Virus record (IMG/VR): IMGVR_UViG_3300011335_000237
Location: 1 to 34,352 of that record
Origin: a virus
Lineage: Duplodnaviria > Caudoviricetes
Reading direction: 5' to 3' (one strand)
Length of the DNA stretch: 34,352 nt
In this document: positions 16,867 to 26,135 of the stretch, piece by piece
How positions within the stretch are numbered: the first letter of the stretch is position 1
How the letters are laid out: each line of letters begins with the position of its first letter
Made by a program: the position numbers and the translations under genes
Notes under the pieces: generated by a model
Told to the model about the DNA's origin: nothing
Databases searched by the model: none
What the model saw: the letters and a program-made list of their open reading frames with translations, nothing else

Positions 16867-16954
16867 AGACGGAATTCTACAATCTTATAACGAAGGATTA
16901 AATGAACGATTCATTTGCGAATCTTGCCATAGTAATAGCGACAAAACACGCTAA
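16772..16954 (+). CDS. Possible small zinc-ribbon protein overlapping both neighbours
   Basis: CTSC and CESC motifs. Confidence 0.4.
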   Translation: MQKNDSSKNWIRKPSQITIRTCTSCKIRKTTKDGILQSYNEGLNERFICESCHSNSDKTR

Positions 16955-17585
16955 ATGCTTGCCTGTGCTGTTTGCATCAATAGATGAGTATGTGCCAAAG
17001 GAAGTAACAGTTATCGTTGCTGGGAGCGATCTAGAGTGTTCTAGGCACAATACTATTAATCTGCCAAACAACGGCAATACTTATGGGGAATCCTATAACG
17101 ATGTAGTGCGCTATGCGTTTGAAATGTTCCCTGAGATTATTGTGGCAAACGATGACATAGTATTAACCCCTAGTAGCTTTAAAATGCTAATAGAGGATAA
17201 AGTGTTGCTTTCGCACCACAGTTTAGGATGGCTATGTAGTAGATCAGACTATGTGCGTGGGCTACAGAATATTAGGAATGGCGAAGTACGCAATGGAATC
17301 AAATTTGTAGAGGAAGATCAAATATTCCAAAGTAATGTACTTTCCCCTTTATTTGGGATTATTTCTAGAGAGGCATGGATAGATTACAAACCGATTAACT
17401 GGTACTCAGACGATATTCAATGCCTAGAGATTATGGCTGCTGGATATAAGAATTATGTTAGTCGGTCTTATGTACACCATGTCGGCAGCCAAACTGTAGG
17501 AATGGATCACAAAAAGAATAATGACGAGGCAGGGGCATGGTTAAAAGCCAATATGCCAGATTTGTACACATTGTGGTTTAGTTAA
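16902..17585 (+). CDS. Glycosyltransferase, GT2/GT-A fold
   Basis: ANDDIVL, WYSDD, YVHHVGSQT motifs. Confidence 0.8.
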   Translation: MNDSFANLAIVIATKHAKCLPVLFASIDEYVPKEVTVIVAGSDLECSRHNTINLPNNGNTYGESYNDVVRYAFEMFPEIIVANDDIVLTPSSFKMLIEDKVLLSHHSLGWLCSRSDYVRGLQNIRNGEVRNGIKFVEEDQIFQSNVLSPLFGIISREAWIDYKPINWYSDDIQCLEIMAAGYKNYVSRSYVHHVGSQTVGMDHKKNNDEAGAWLKANMPDLYTLWFS

Positions 17586-17635
17586 AAAAGCGTTAAAATT
17601 GTCTTGGGCAAGTTCGCCTTAAATTTGGGGTTAAT

Positions 17636-18073
17636 ATGAAAATCGCTATTGGACTACTAGCTCCAAAAAAAGGCATGGAAAAAGAGATGGGCAAAGGTAT
17701 GCCAAGCCTTCTAGATGAGCCAATGGTAGACGAGGACAAGTATCCTCTTACCAAAGAATCAAACAAAAAAATGATGATGGCTCTCATGGAAACCCGTCAT
17801 CTAGGCCCTAAAGACCCAGCAGCTCCAGGCAAGTTCTGGATGGAATTATCAGACTTTTGGGAGTTGCCAGAAGAAGAAACTAAAACTCATCGTTGCGCTA
17901 ATTGCGAGTATTTCGATAATAGCCCAGAGGCTTTAGTTGCCATGCAAGTAGTACCAGAGGATAGTTTTGATGCTAGTGGTGGTGGTCGTGGCTATTGCCA
18001 TAAATACACTTTTATTTGCCACAATCTGCGTGTTTGCGACCAATGGGAGCAGGCAGAAGAACAAGAGGATTAA
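17636..18073 (+). CDS. Cys-rich protein with HiPIP-like motif
   Basis: CANCEYF...GYC...CDQW. Confidence 0.6.
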   Translation: MKIAIGLLAPKKGMEKEMGKGMPSLLDEPMVDEDKYPLTKESNKKMMMALMETRHLGPKDPAAPGKFWMELSDFWELPEEETKTHRCANCEYFDNSPEALVAMQVVPEDSFDASGGGRGYCHKYTFICHNLRVCDQWEQAEEQED

Positions 18074-18235
18074 ATGAAACCTGGACTCTATTCCAATATC
18101 AACGCTAAAAGAAAGCGTATTGCTGCTGGATCAGGCGAGAAAATGAACAAAGTAGGTAGCAAAAATGCTCCTACTGCTAAAGACTTTAAGCAAGCAGCCA
18201 AAACTGCCAAACCTATGAAGGCTAAGAAAAAATGA
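18074..18235 (+). CDS. 53-aa Lys-rich basic protein (MKPGLYSNINAKRKRI...), not in ORF track
   Basis: Read manually; GAGG RBS, coupled to next gene. Confidence 0.75.
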   Translation: MKPGLYSNINAKRKRIAAGSGEKMNKVGSKNAPTAKDFKQAAKTAKPMKAKKK

Positions 18236-18393
18236 AGATGAGCAAAAAACAAGCCAAGATCGGCAAGGTAATGGGTGAGTTCAAATCAGGCACTCTACAT
18301 TCCGGCAAGGGTGGCAAGGTAGTTAAGAATCCTAAACAAGCCATTGCTATTGCTATCTCAGAGGCAATGAAAAAGGCTCGCTATAAGAAATGA
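18232..18393 (+). CDS. 53-aa basic protein, DUF6496-like, not in ORF track
   Basis: KVMGEFKSGTLHSG...KNPKQAIAIAISEA motif. Confidence 0.75.
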   Translation: MKMSKKQAKIGKVMGEFKSGTLHSGKGGKVVKNPKQAIAIAISEAMKKARYKK

Positions 18394-18944
18394 TTAGCGT
18401 AGTAATGCCTAGCTATCTAGGTGATTACCCAAGAGCAGCAAGCAATAGAGAACAAAAGCTCCCAAGAGCAATAGAGAGCGTATTAGAGCAAAAAATAGGT
18501 GAGTTAATAGTTGTGGCAGATGGATGCCAAAAGACAGTAGATATAGCCTCTAAATACCCTGTAAAGACTATTTTAATAGATAAGCAGCCATGCTTTAGCG
18601 GAACTCCAAGGAATATTGGAATACAAAACGCTCAGTATGATTACATTGCTTATATAGATAACGATGATGTATTTGGCAAAGGCCATCTAAAATCAATAGC
18701 AGACAATGTAGATACAGATTGGCTATATTGGGATGACTATGTAGATGGTGAAATTAGACCAGTATGGTTTGAAATAAGCCACATAGGTACTTCTGCAATA
18801 GCCCACAAAAAGTCATTAGATTGCAAATGGGGCGATGGTTACGGACACGATTGGGATTTTATCAAGCAATTAAAACATTACCCTAGCAAACGCATTACTG
18901 CCAACTATCAAGTTATGCACATACCAGGGATCTTAGATAAATAA
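18390..18944 (+). CDS. Glycosyltransferase family 2
   Basis: ISVVMPSY, LIVVADG, RNIGIQNA, YIDNDD, HDWDF motifs. Confidence 0.88.
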   Translation: MISVVMPSYLGDYPRAASNREQKLPRAIESVLEQKIGELIVVADGCQKTVDIASKYPVKTILIDKQPCFSGTPRNIGIQNAQYDYIAYIDNDDVFGKGHLKSIADNVDTDWLYWDDYVDGEIRPVWFEISHIGTSAIAHKKSLDCKWGDGYGHDWDFIKQLKHYPSKRITANYQVMHIPGILDK

Positions 18945-19594
18945 TGTTTATTATGTGTACGAGGGACAGACCTCATTTTTTATTAGAATTTATAGAATGT
19001 TGGCACAAAACCAAAGCTAGTTACCCTGCCACAATATTAATTGACGATGACGATCCTAAGATAGAGGAATACAAGGCTATTACATACCCTAAAAACTGGG
19101 TTATTTTGTATAACGAAAGTGCAAAGCCTGTAATTAAGGTTAGTAATTGGTTAAAAGATAATCTACATTATGATTTTTATGGTCTTTTAGCTGATGATTT
19201 AAGACCAAAAACAGTAGAGTGGGACAAAAAGCTAGTTGCAGTTGCTAAAAACAATCAAATAGCATACCCAGACGATACTATTAAAGGCGAGATGCTATGT
19301 ACTCATCCTGTAATTGGGGGTAATTTAATAAGGGCTACTGGCTGGGTATTAAATACAGAGCTAATACATTTTTATGCAGATGATGTTTGGATGTATATTG
19401 GCAAACAAACCAATAGACTACATTACTTAAGTGATGTGATATGCCAGCATCTACATCATACTGTAGGTACTAGAGAGTCAGATCAAACAAGTTCTAGTCT
19501 AGATGAAAACTTTGCAGCAGATTACCAAAGTTATACAAGATGGGTAACTAGCCAAAAAACAGCAGAACTTATAGAAAAAATTAAAGCAATATAA
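18944..19594 (+). CDS. GT-A fold glycosyltransferase-like protein
   Basis: TRDRP, IDDDDP, LADD, HFYADD, HLH motifs. Confidence 0.75.
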   Translation: MFIMCTRDRPHFLLEFIECWHKTKASYPATILIDDDDPKIEEYKAITYPKNWVILYNESAKPVIKVSNWLKDNLHYDFYGLLADDLRPKTVEWDKKLVAVAKNNQIAYPDDTIKGEMLCTHPVIGGNLIRATGWVLNTELIHFYADDVWMYIGKQTNRLHYLSDVICQHLHHTVGTRESDQTSSSLDENFAADYQSYTRWVTSQKTAELIEKIKAI

Positions 19595-19604
19595 AAGGTT
19601 AGGA

Positions 19605-19895
19605 ATGAAAATAAGAGAGGCTGCCAAAATCCTAGAAAGAATAGGTGTCGCTGGGTACAACAAACCCAAGAAAACCCCTAATCATCCTACTAAAAGCCAT
19701 GTAGTAGTAGCTAAAGAAGGCGATAAGGTAAAGACTATCCGATTTGGTCAGCAAGGTGTTACTGGTAGCCCTGCCAGAGAAGGCGAGTCAGCAGCAGATA
19801 AAGCTCGCAGAAAGTCATTCAAAGCAAGACACGCTAAGAACATAGCCAAGGGCAAGATGTCAGCCGCTTTTTGGTCATCCAAAACTAAGTGGTAA
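19605..19895 (+). CDS. Basic hypothetical protein
   Basis: Lys/Arg-rich, IRFGQQG...RRKSFKARH...SAAFWS motif. Confidence 0.75.
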   Translation: MKIREAAKILERIGVAGYNKPKKTPNHPTKSHVVVAKEGDKVKTIRFGQQGVTGSPAREGESAADKARRKSFKARHAKNIAKGKMSAAFWSSKTKW

Positions 19896-19945
19896 AAGTG
19901 TTGTAGAATAGCGACATCATCAACCATTAACCCAAAGGGAATGGA

Positions 19946-20266
19946 ATGGAAAACGCTATAGAAAACAATAATGTAGAAGTTGCATCAACTAACAAGGGTG
20001 GTGCGCCTGTAGGCAATCAGAACGGCAAGAAGGGAAAGCTGTTCTACAACCAGCTCAGAGTCGCTCTAGTTCAAGAGGATAGTCGTAGATTACGCACTAT
20101 TGCAGACAAGCTAGTAAAGGCTGCTGAACAAGGCGAGCCTTGGGCTGTTAAAGAGATTATGGATCGTGTAGATGGCAAGGCCGTACAGTCTACCGAGATT
20201 AGTGGTGTAGATGGTGAGGCTATTGAGCTTAAGCAGATTGAGTTCATTATCAAACGCCCAGAGTGA
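19946..20266 (+). CDS. Terminase small subunit (putative)
   Basis: GAPVGNQN and DRVDGKAVQ motifs; immediately upstream of large terminase. Confidence 0.75.
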   Translation: MENAIENNNVEVASTNKGGAPVGNQNGKKGKLFYNQLRVALVQEDSRRLRTIADKLVKAAEQGEPWAVKEIMDRVDGKAVQSTEISGVDGEAIELKQIEFIIKRPE

Positions 20267-21528
20267 TCGAAGCAGAAGAAAAACTAAGTTTAGAGATTCC
20301 AGAAAAGCTAGAGTGCTTACTGGAAGATCATCGCTATAAAATCGTTTATGGCGGTAGAGGATCTAGTAAGTCCTGGACAGTAGCTAGGGTTTTGCTTGCC
20401 ATAGGTCGTAGAAAGAAGTTAAGGGTGCTATGCGCCAGAGAGTTTCAAAACTCTATATCAGACTCGGTTCATGCTCTGTTAGCAGATCAAATCAAGTCTA
20501 TGGGGCTAGATGATTTCTATACTGTACAAAATACCAGTATCTTTGGCAGGAATGGGACTGAATTCTTATTTGCCGGACTAAAGCACAACATTACTAAGAT
20601 TAAGTCTTTTGAGGGTGTAGATATATGCTGGGTAGAAGAAGCTCAGACTACATCTAAAAGCTCATGGGATGTATTAATCCCTACAATCCGTAAAGAAGGC
20701 TCAGAGATCTGGATAACATTTAATCCTGAGTTAGATACGGATGAAACATATAAGCGGTTTGTGGTACATCCACCAGGCAACGCTAAAGTAGCAAAAGTAA
20801 ACTGGTCTGATAATCCTTGGTTTCCAGAAGTTCTAAAGAATGAGAAGGATGATCTCAAAGAACGAGATATGGATGCCTATCTCAATGTCTGGGAAGGCAA
20901 TACAAGGCAAGTATTAGATGGTGCTGTATACGCTAAAGAGTTAAGAAAAGCCCAAGAGGAAGGCCGTATCAAGGACATCAACCAAGATAAAGCTATTGAG
21001 GTATCTACATTTTGGGATATTGGCTGGGCAGATATGACAAGTATTTGGTTCGTGCAGACGATACCAGGCGGCGAAGTTAGGGTCATAGACTTTTATCAGG
21101 ATTGCCAAAAGCCTATAGATCATTATGTAGAAGTTCTACAGAATAGAGGCTATGTCTATCGAGATCATTGGCTGCCACACGATGCTGAGAACAAAAATAT
21201 GACAGGCAAGAGCGTTAAAGATATTATGCAGAATATGAACTTGCCAGTAAGGATAACCCCTAGACTGTCTATATCAGAAGGAATTAACGCAGCTCGTATG
21301 TTAATGAACAGATGCTATTTTGACCAAAATAGATGCGCTGAAGGTCTACAAGCATTAAGACATTATCGGTATGATGTAAACCCTGATACTAAAATGTTTA
21401 GTGATAAACCCTTACACGACCAACATTCCCATGCTAGTGATGCTTGGAGATATGTGGCTGTAGCGTTAGATGAACAACCGAACAACTGGAACAAAGCAAT
21501 TAAGATCAACAATAAATGGATAGTCTAA
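20263..21528 (+). CDS. terL: Terminase large subunit, PBSX/XtmB type
   Basis: Walker A GGRGSSKS, Walker B CWVEEA, TFNP coupling motif, nuclease WDIG and HASDAWRY. Confidence 0.95.
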   Translation: MIEAEEKLSLEIPEKLECLLEDHRYKIVYGGRGSSKSWTVARVLLAIGRRKKLRVLCAREFQNSISDSVHALLADQIKSMGLDDFYTVQNTSIFGRNGTEFLFAGLKHNITKIKSFEGVDICWVEEAQTTSKSSWDVLIPTIRKEGSEIWITFNPELDTDETYKRFVVHPPGNAKVAKVNWSDNPWFPEVLKNEKDDLKERDMDAYLNVWEGNTRQVLDGAVYAKELRKAQEEGRIKDINQDKAIEVSTFWDIGWADMTSIWFVQTIPGGEVRVIDFYQDCQKPIDHYVEVLQNRGYVYRDHWLPHDAENKNMTGKSVKDIMQNMNLPVRITPRLSISEGINAARMLMNRCYFDQNRCAEGLQALRHYRYDVNPDTKMFSDKPLHDQHSHASDAWRYVAVALDEQPNNWNKAIKINNKWIV

Positions 21529-23567
21529 TGGATGAAGGCACACTAAAAGGCATACTTGATGCCGAGATAGATAACGCTATTGGCTTTATCGAGAGTGAAA
21601 CTACAGATGATCGTAGAAAAGCCCTTGAATACTACAATCGTTACGAATACGGCAATGAAGTAGAAGGTCGTAGCCAGATCGTTACAGGCGAAGTAGCCGA
21701 GGTAGTAGATGGTGCGTTGCCACAACTATTGCGTATCTTTACACAGTCAGATGAGATTGTGCGTTTTGAGCCTAAAGGCCCAGGCGATGAGGAAAAAGCA
21801 AAGCAAGCTACAGAGTATGTGAACTGGGTAATGAGCCGAGATAATGATGGCGTATTGCTTATGCACAATTGGTTTAAGGATGCGCTCTTGCAAAAGAACG
21901 GAATCGTTAAGGTCTATTGGGATGAGAAGATTGATGTCAGCAAGGAGAAGTATCAAAACCTGACACAAGACGAAGTAACAATGCTGCTCAATGATCCAGA
22001 AGTAGAAGTCGTAAACCAAAAGACTACAGAGATCGCTCCAGCAGGCATAGATCCTATGGGGATGCCTATTCCACCAGTATTCTCTTATGATGTTAAGCTC
22101 AAAAAGACTAAGAAAACTGGCAAGGTAATTGTAGAGAATGTGCCACCAGAGGAGTTCTTAATCTCCAAGAAGGCTAGGACTATTGCCGATGCTCCATTCG
22201 TAGCTCACAGAAAGCTAACAACTCGCTCAGAGTTGATTGCTATGGGTTTTGAGAAAGATATTGTAGATAAACTTCCTACTTATGCAGACTTAACCTATAA
22301 CTCAGAGAATGTGGCAAGGTTCGACCAAGGCGAACAGCCAGGCGATCAGTCAAGTTTAGACTTCTCTATGCAAGAGATTGAGGTAATCGAGTCTTATATC
22401 AAGGTAGACTTTGATGGAGATGGTATTGCTGAGTTGCGTAAAGTTACCTATGCCGGATCAGACATCCTAGATAACGAGGAAGTAGATTTCGTACCATTCT
22501 GTTCTATTTGCCCTATCCCTATGCCCCATAAGTTCTTTGGTCATAGCCTGGCAGACAGAGCAGTAGACATACAACTGATTAAATCTACAGTAACAAGGCA
22601 GATCCTAGACAATCTCTACATGACTAATAGCCCTAGAATGGGCGTTGTAGAAGGTCAAGTAAACCTAGATGATCTGCTAACAGTTACAGCTAATGGCATT
22701 GTGCGTATGAAAAATACCCAAGCTATTGTTCCATTGACTGTTCCACCAACTGCTAATCAATCATTCCCATTGCTGGAATACTTGGATTCTGTACAGGCTA
22801 AGAGAACTGGTGTATCAGACCAAATGAACGGCCTTAATCCAGATGTGTTGCAGAACAGCACAGCTACAGCCGTTGCTATGATGCAGAACAGCGCAGCAGG
22901 CAAAGTTGAGTTAATTGCTAGGGTATTTGCTGAAACAGGCGTAAAAGACCTATTCCAGAAGATCTTACAATTACTCTGCAAGTATCAGGATAAAGAGCGT
23001 ATTGTGCGTTTGCGTGGTAAGTATGTATCTATTGATCCTAGAGAGTGGACTAATGGCTTTGACATCTCTATCAATGTCGGTCTAGGTACAGGCAACAAGC
23101 AAGAGCAGATGGCTATGATCGCTATGGTTCTAGGCAAGCAAGAGGAAATCCTTAAGACTGTAGGCATTAACAATCCATTGGTAAGCCTTACAAACTATAG
23201 ACAGACACTAGGTCGATTTATCGAGGCTGCTGGCTTTAAGGACTCTAACGAGTTTTTCCTAGAGATCAGCCCAGAGCAAGAACAACAAATGGCGCAGCAA
23301 AGCCAACAACAGGGTCAGCAACAAGATCCAGCTATGCAGGCTTATGTAGCCCAGATGCAAGCTAAGATGGAAGCAGATAACGCCAAGGCTCAGAATGATA
23401 TTCAGATCTCCCAGGTTAAGGCAGAGGCTCAGATCAGACTTAAACAGCAAGAGTTTGAAATGACTATGGCTCTTAAGAAACAAGAATTTGAGTACGAGGC
23501 TCAGTTAAAGGCTCTGCAACTAGGCGCAAAACTATCACCAACGGCAAATATCCCTAATGTCCTATAA
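21528..23567 (+). CDS. Portal protein (P22-like)
   Basis: ~680 aa after terL, long Gln-rich C-terminal helical barrel; likely start 21528. Confidence 0.9.
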   Translation: MDEGTLKGILDAEIDNAIGFIESETTDDRRKALEYYNRYEYGNEVEGRSQIVTGEVAEVVDGALPQLLRIFTQSDEIVRFEPKGPGDEEKAKQATEYVNWVMSRDNDGVLLMHNWFKDALLQKNGIVKVYWDEKIDVSKEKYQNLTQDEVTMLLNDPEVEVVNQKTTEIAPAGIDPMGMPIPPVFSYDVKLKKTKKTGKVIVENVPPEEFLISKKARTIADAPFVAHRKLTTRSELIAMGFEKDIVDKLPTYADLTYNSENVARFDQGEQPGDQSSLDFSMQEIEVIESYIKVDFDGDGIAELRKVTYAGSDILDNEEVDFVPFCSICPIPMPHKFFGHSLADRAVDIQLIKSTVTRQILDNLYMTNSPRMGVVEGQVNLDDLLTVTANGIVRMKNTQAIVPLTVPPTANQSFPLLEYLDSVQAKRTGVSDQMNGLNPDVLQNSTATAVAMMQNSAAGKVELIARVFAETGVKDLFQKILQLLCKYQDKERIVRLRGKYVSIDPREWTNGFDISINVGLGTGNKQEQMAMIAMVLGKQEEILKTVGINNPLVSLTNYRQTLGRFIEAAGFKDSNEFFLEISPEQEQQMAQQSQQQGQQQDPAMQAYVAQMQAKMEADNAKAQNDIQISQVKAEAQIRLKQQEFEMTMALKKQEFEYEAQLKALQLGAKLSPTANIPNVL

Positions 23568-23793
23568 CAAGTCGGAACGAGCTAGAGCGTATTTGTCAGA
23601 TGAGTTCTTTCTAGAGCTTGTCGAAAGTCAAAAACTGTTGTATCGTAACAACATATTTGACAGTAACGAAAATGATGTAGAAGTGCGAGAAAAGAACTTT
23701 CTCAAACTAAAAGTGATGGATGAATTTATAGCGACAATCCAAGCATTAGCTGATGATAAGCAAATTGCAGAGAAACGCTGGAGAATTTTATAA
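23557..23793 (+). CDS. Small head-assembly region protein
   Basis: 78 aa between portal and scaffold. Confidence 0.7.
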   Translation: MSYNKSERARAYLSDEFFLELVESQKLLYRNNIFDSNENDVEVREKNFLKLKVMDEFIATIQALADDKQIAEKRWRIL

Positions 23794-23814
23794 ACCACCG
23801 AAAAGGTAAACAAC

Positions 23815-24780
23815 ATGAGTGAAAACACCAATCCTGTAGAGGGAAGTGTTAATACAGTTAGTGATGCAGCTAACGCATTTTTGTCTATGATGGATACACC
23901 AGAGGAGAAAGCGCAAGCTCAATCGCAATCTGATGATACTGAAACCGAAGTACAGGATTCAGACGAATCCTACGAAGATGAAAATGCGGAAGAAACTGTA
24001 GAGTATGAAGATGAAACTCCTAAAGCTAAGACATTCAGAGTCAAAGTTGGCAATGAAGAAGTCGAAGTTTCAGAAGATGAACTCTTAAGCGGATACAGTA
24101 GGACAGCAGACTATACTAAAAAGACTCAGGCTTTAGCTGAAACTCGTAAGGCCGTAGAGGCTGAAAGAGGATTAGTTGAAGAATCTAAGAAGATGCGTGA
24201 TCTTTACGCACAACGCTTAGAGGCTATCGAGAGTGTTCTACAAAGCCAAAGCAATGTAGAGAACTTGCAAGAGCTAAAGGAAACCGATCCTATAGGTTAT
24301 GCAATAGCGGTAGCAGAGCGTAGTGAGAAGGAAAAGCAACTTCAAGCCGTACAAGCTGAAAGACAGAATCTTGCTAAACAGCAGGAGAATGACAGACAGC
24401 AAGCATTACAGAAACATCTTGCAGAGGCAAGCGAGCAACTGAAAGAGGCTATTCCAGAGTTTAGGGATGCCGCTAAAGCTGAAATTGTGCGTAGGGACAT
24501 TCGTACTTATGCAAAATCAATCGGATTTAGCGACCAAGAACTATCTCAGGTATACGACCCAAGGGCAGTTAAAACGCTATACAACGCAATGATGTACGAA
24601 AAGCTATCAGGTAATAAGGGTGCAGCCGTCAAGAAAGTACAGGATGCGCCAAAGGTATTAAAGTCTGGAACTTCCAATCCTGGCAGTTCTCAGAATGAAC
24701 AAATGAAAAAGCAGTTTTCTCGCCTACAAAAGACTGGCAAGAAGGCTGATGCAGCAAAACTTTTTGAACAATTTATTTAA
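23815..24780 (+). CDS. Capsid scaffolding protein
   Basis: Acidic N-terminus, VKVGNEE...GYSRTADYTKKTQ motif, coiled coil, precedes capsid. Confidence 0.85.
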   Translation: MSENTNPVEGSVNTVSDAANAFLSMMDTPEEKAQAQSQSDDTETEVQDSDESYEDENAEETVEYEDETPKAKTFRVKVGNEEVEVSEDELLSGYSRTADYTKKTQALAETRKAVEAERGLVEESKKMRDLYAQRLEAIESVLQSQSNVENLQELKETDPIGYAIAVAERSEKEKQLQAVQAERQNLAKQQENDRQQALQKHLAEASEQLKEAIPEFRDAAKAEIVRRDIRTYAKSIGFSDQELSQVYDPRAVKTLYNAMMYEKLSGNKGAAVKKVQDAPKVLKSGTSNPGSSQNEQMKKQFSRLQKTGKKADAAKLFEQFI

Positions 24781-24792
24781 GGAATTTAAATC

Positions 24793-25737
24793 ATGGCAAC
24801 ATATCAAACCTTCCAATCAATCGGCAATCGTGAAGATTTGTCCGATGTAATCTACTCAATATCTCCAACAGATACTCCAATTATGAGTTCTATTGGCAAA
24901 ACCAAGGCAACTGCTGTTTATCACGAGTGGCAGACTGACTCTTTGGCAGCTAATACAACTAATAACGCATTAGTTGAAGGTGCAACTGCATCTGACATTA
25001 CTGTTTCTCCTACAACTCGTATTGGTAACTATACTCAGATCGTTGGTAAGACTGTTATGGTTTCTGGCACTTTAGAGGCTGTTGATCGTGCTGGTCGTAA
25101 GTCTGAGAAGGCTTATCAATTAGCTAAAGTATCTTCTGAGATCAAGCGTGATATGGAAACTATTATCACAGCTAATCAAGGTCAAACTGCTGGTAACTCT
25201 ACTACTGCTCGTGCATTAGGCTCTTTGTTGTCATACATTAAGAGCAACACAAGCAAGAATGGTACTGCTACAACTGGTGTAGATCCTGTAACTATTGGTG
25301 TTTCTACTCGTACAGATGGTACAACTCGTACCTTTACAGAAGCAATGCTCAAGACTGTTATTGCATCTGTATTCACTAATGGTGGTACACCTTCAGCATT
25401 GTTTGTTAGCCCAACTCAAAAGCAAGTAGTTTCTGGCTTTACTGGTTTGGCTGCACAACGCTATCAAGTGCCTACTTCTGGTCAAGCAACAATCCTAGCT
25501 GGTGCTGATCTTTATCAGTCCGACTTTGGCGTGTTGTCAATCGTTCCAGATCGTTTCATGCGTACTCGTGATGCTCTCGTACTCGATCCTGAGTATGCAG
25601 CATTAGCTTTCCTACGCCCATTCCAAACTAACGAGTTAGCTCGTGTTGGTGATGCAGAAAAGACACAAATCTTGGCTGAGTTCACCTTGGAAGTTCGTAA
25701 CGAAGCTGCTCATGGCGGTGTATTCGATTTAGCATAA
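24793..25737 (+). CDS. Major capsid protein (DUF5309/SU10-like)
   Basis: GNREDLSDVIYSISPTDTP, HEWQTDSL, NYTQI, TLEVRNEAAH; strong RBS; followed by terminator. Confidence 0.92.
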   Translation: MATYQTFQSIGNREDLSDVIYSISPTDTPIMSSIGKTKATAVYHEWQTDSLAANTTNNALVEGATASDITVSPTTRIGNYTQIVGKTVMVSGTLEAVDRAGRKSEKAYQLAKVSSEIKRDMETIITANQGQTAGNSTTARALGSLLSYIKSNTSKNGTATTGVDPVTIGVSTRTDGTTRTFTEAMLKTVIASVFTNGGTPSALFVSPTQKQVVSGFTGLAAQRYQVPTSGQATILAGADLYQSDFGVLSIVPDRFMRTRDALVLDPEYAALAFLRPFQTNELARVGDAEKTQILAEFTLEVRNEAAHGGVFDLA

Positions 25738-25750
25738 GTAATGTAGAATA

Positions 25751-25778
25751 AGGGGATTGGGAAACTGATCCCCTTTTT
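25751..25778 (+). terminator. Rho-independent terminator after capsid gene
   Basis: AGGGGATTGG-GAAA-CTGATCCCCT stem followed by T run. Confidence 0.85.
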
Positions 25779-25790
25779 CTAGGAGAATGT

Positions 25791-26135
25791 ATGTCTGATT
25801 TAGGCAAAAAAGGCAATCTCGGTATAGTAGATGGAGTTATTCGTACTGCTTATGCAGATGGTGATGGTGGAATAGTTATTAAATCTGAAGTAGATTTAAC
25901 TGAATTTGCAGATCATACAAAGGAACAATTCAATGCTAGAAGTGGTAAAACTGGCTGGGGTGATAGCGTATACGACCCTAAAAATAAAATTGCTTCATTG
26001 CCTGCTGAAATTATTAACACTCTCAACAAAGAAGGAATAATGCGTGGCTACCACATACTAGACCAAAAGGCTTTAGTAAAGTGGCTAAACAACCCTGACA
26101 ACAGAGTATTCCGTACCAGGGGTGGCATAGTATGA
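25791..26135 (+). CDS. Hypothetical protein downstream of capsid
   Basis: AGGAG RBS, WLNNPDNRVFRT motif. Confidence 0.75.
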   Translation: MSDLGKKGNLGIVDGVIRTAYADGDGGIVIKSEVDLTEFADHTKEQFNARSGKTGWGDSVYDPKNKIASLPAEIINTLNKEGIMRGYHILDQKALVKWLNNPDNRVFRTRGGIV

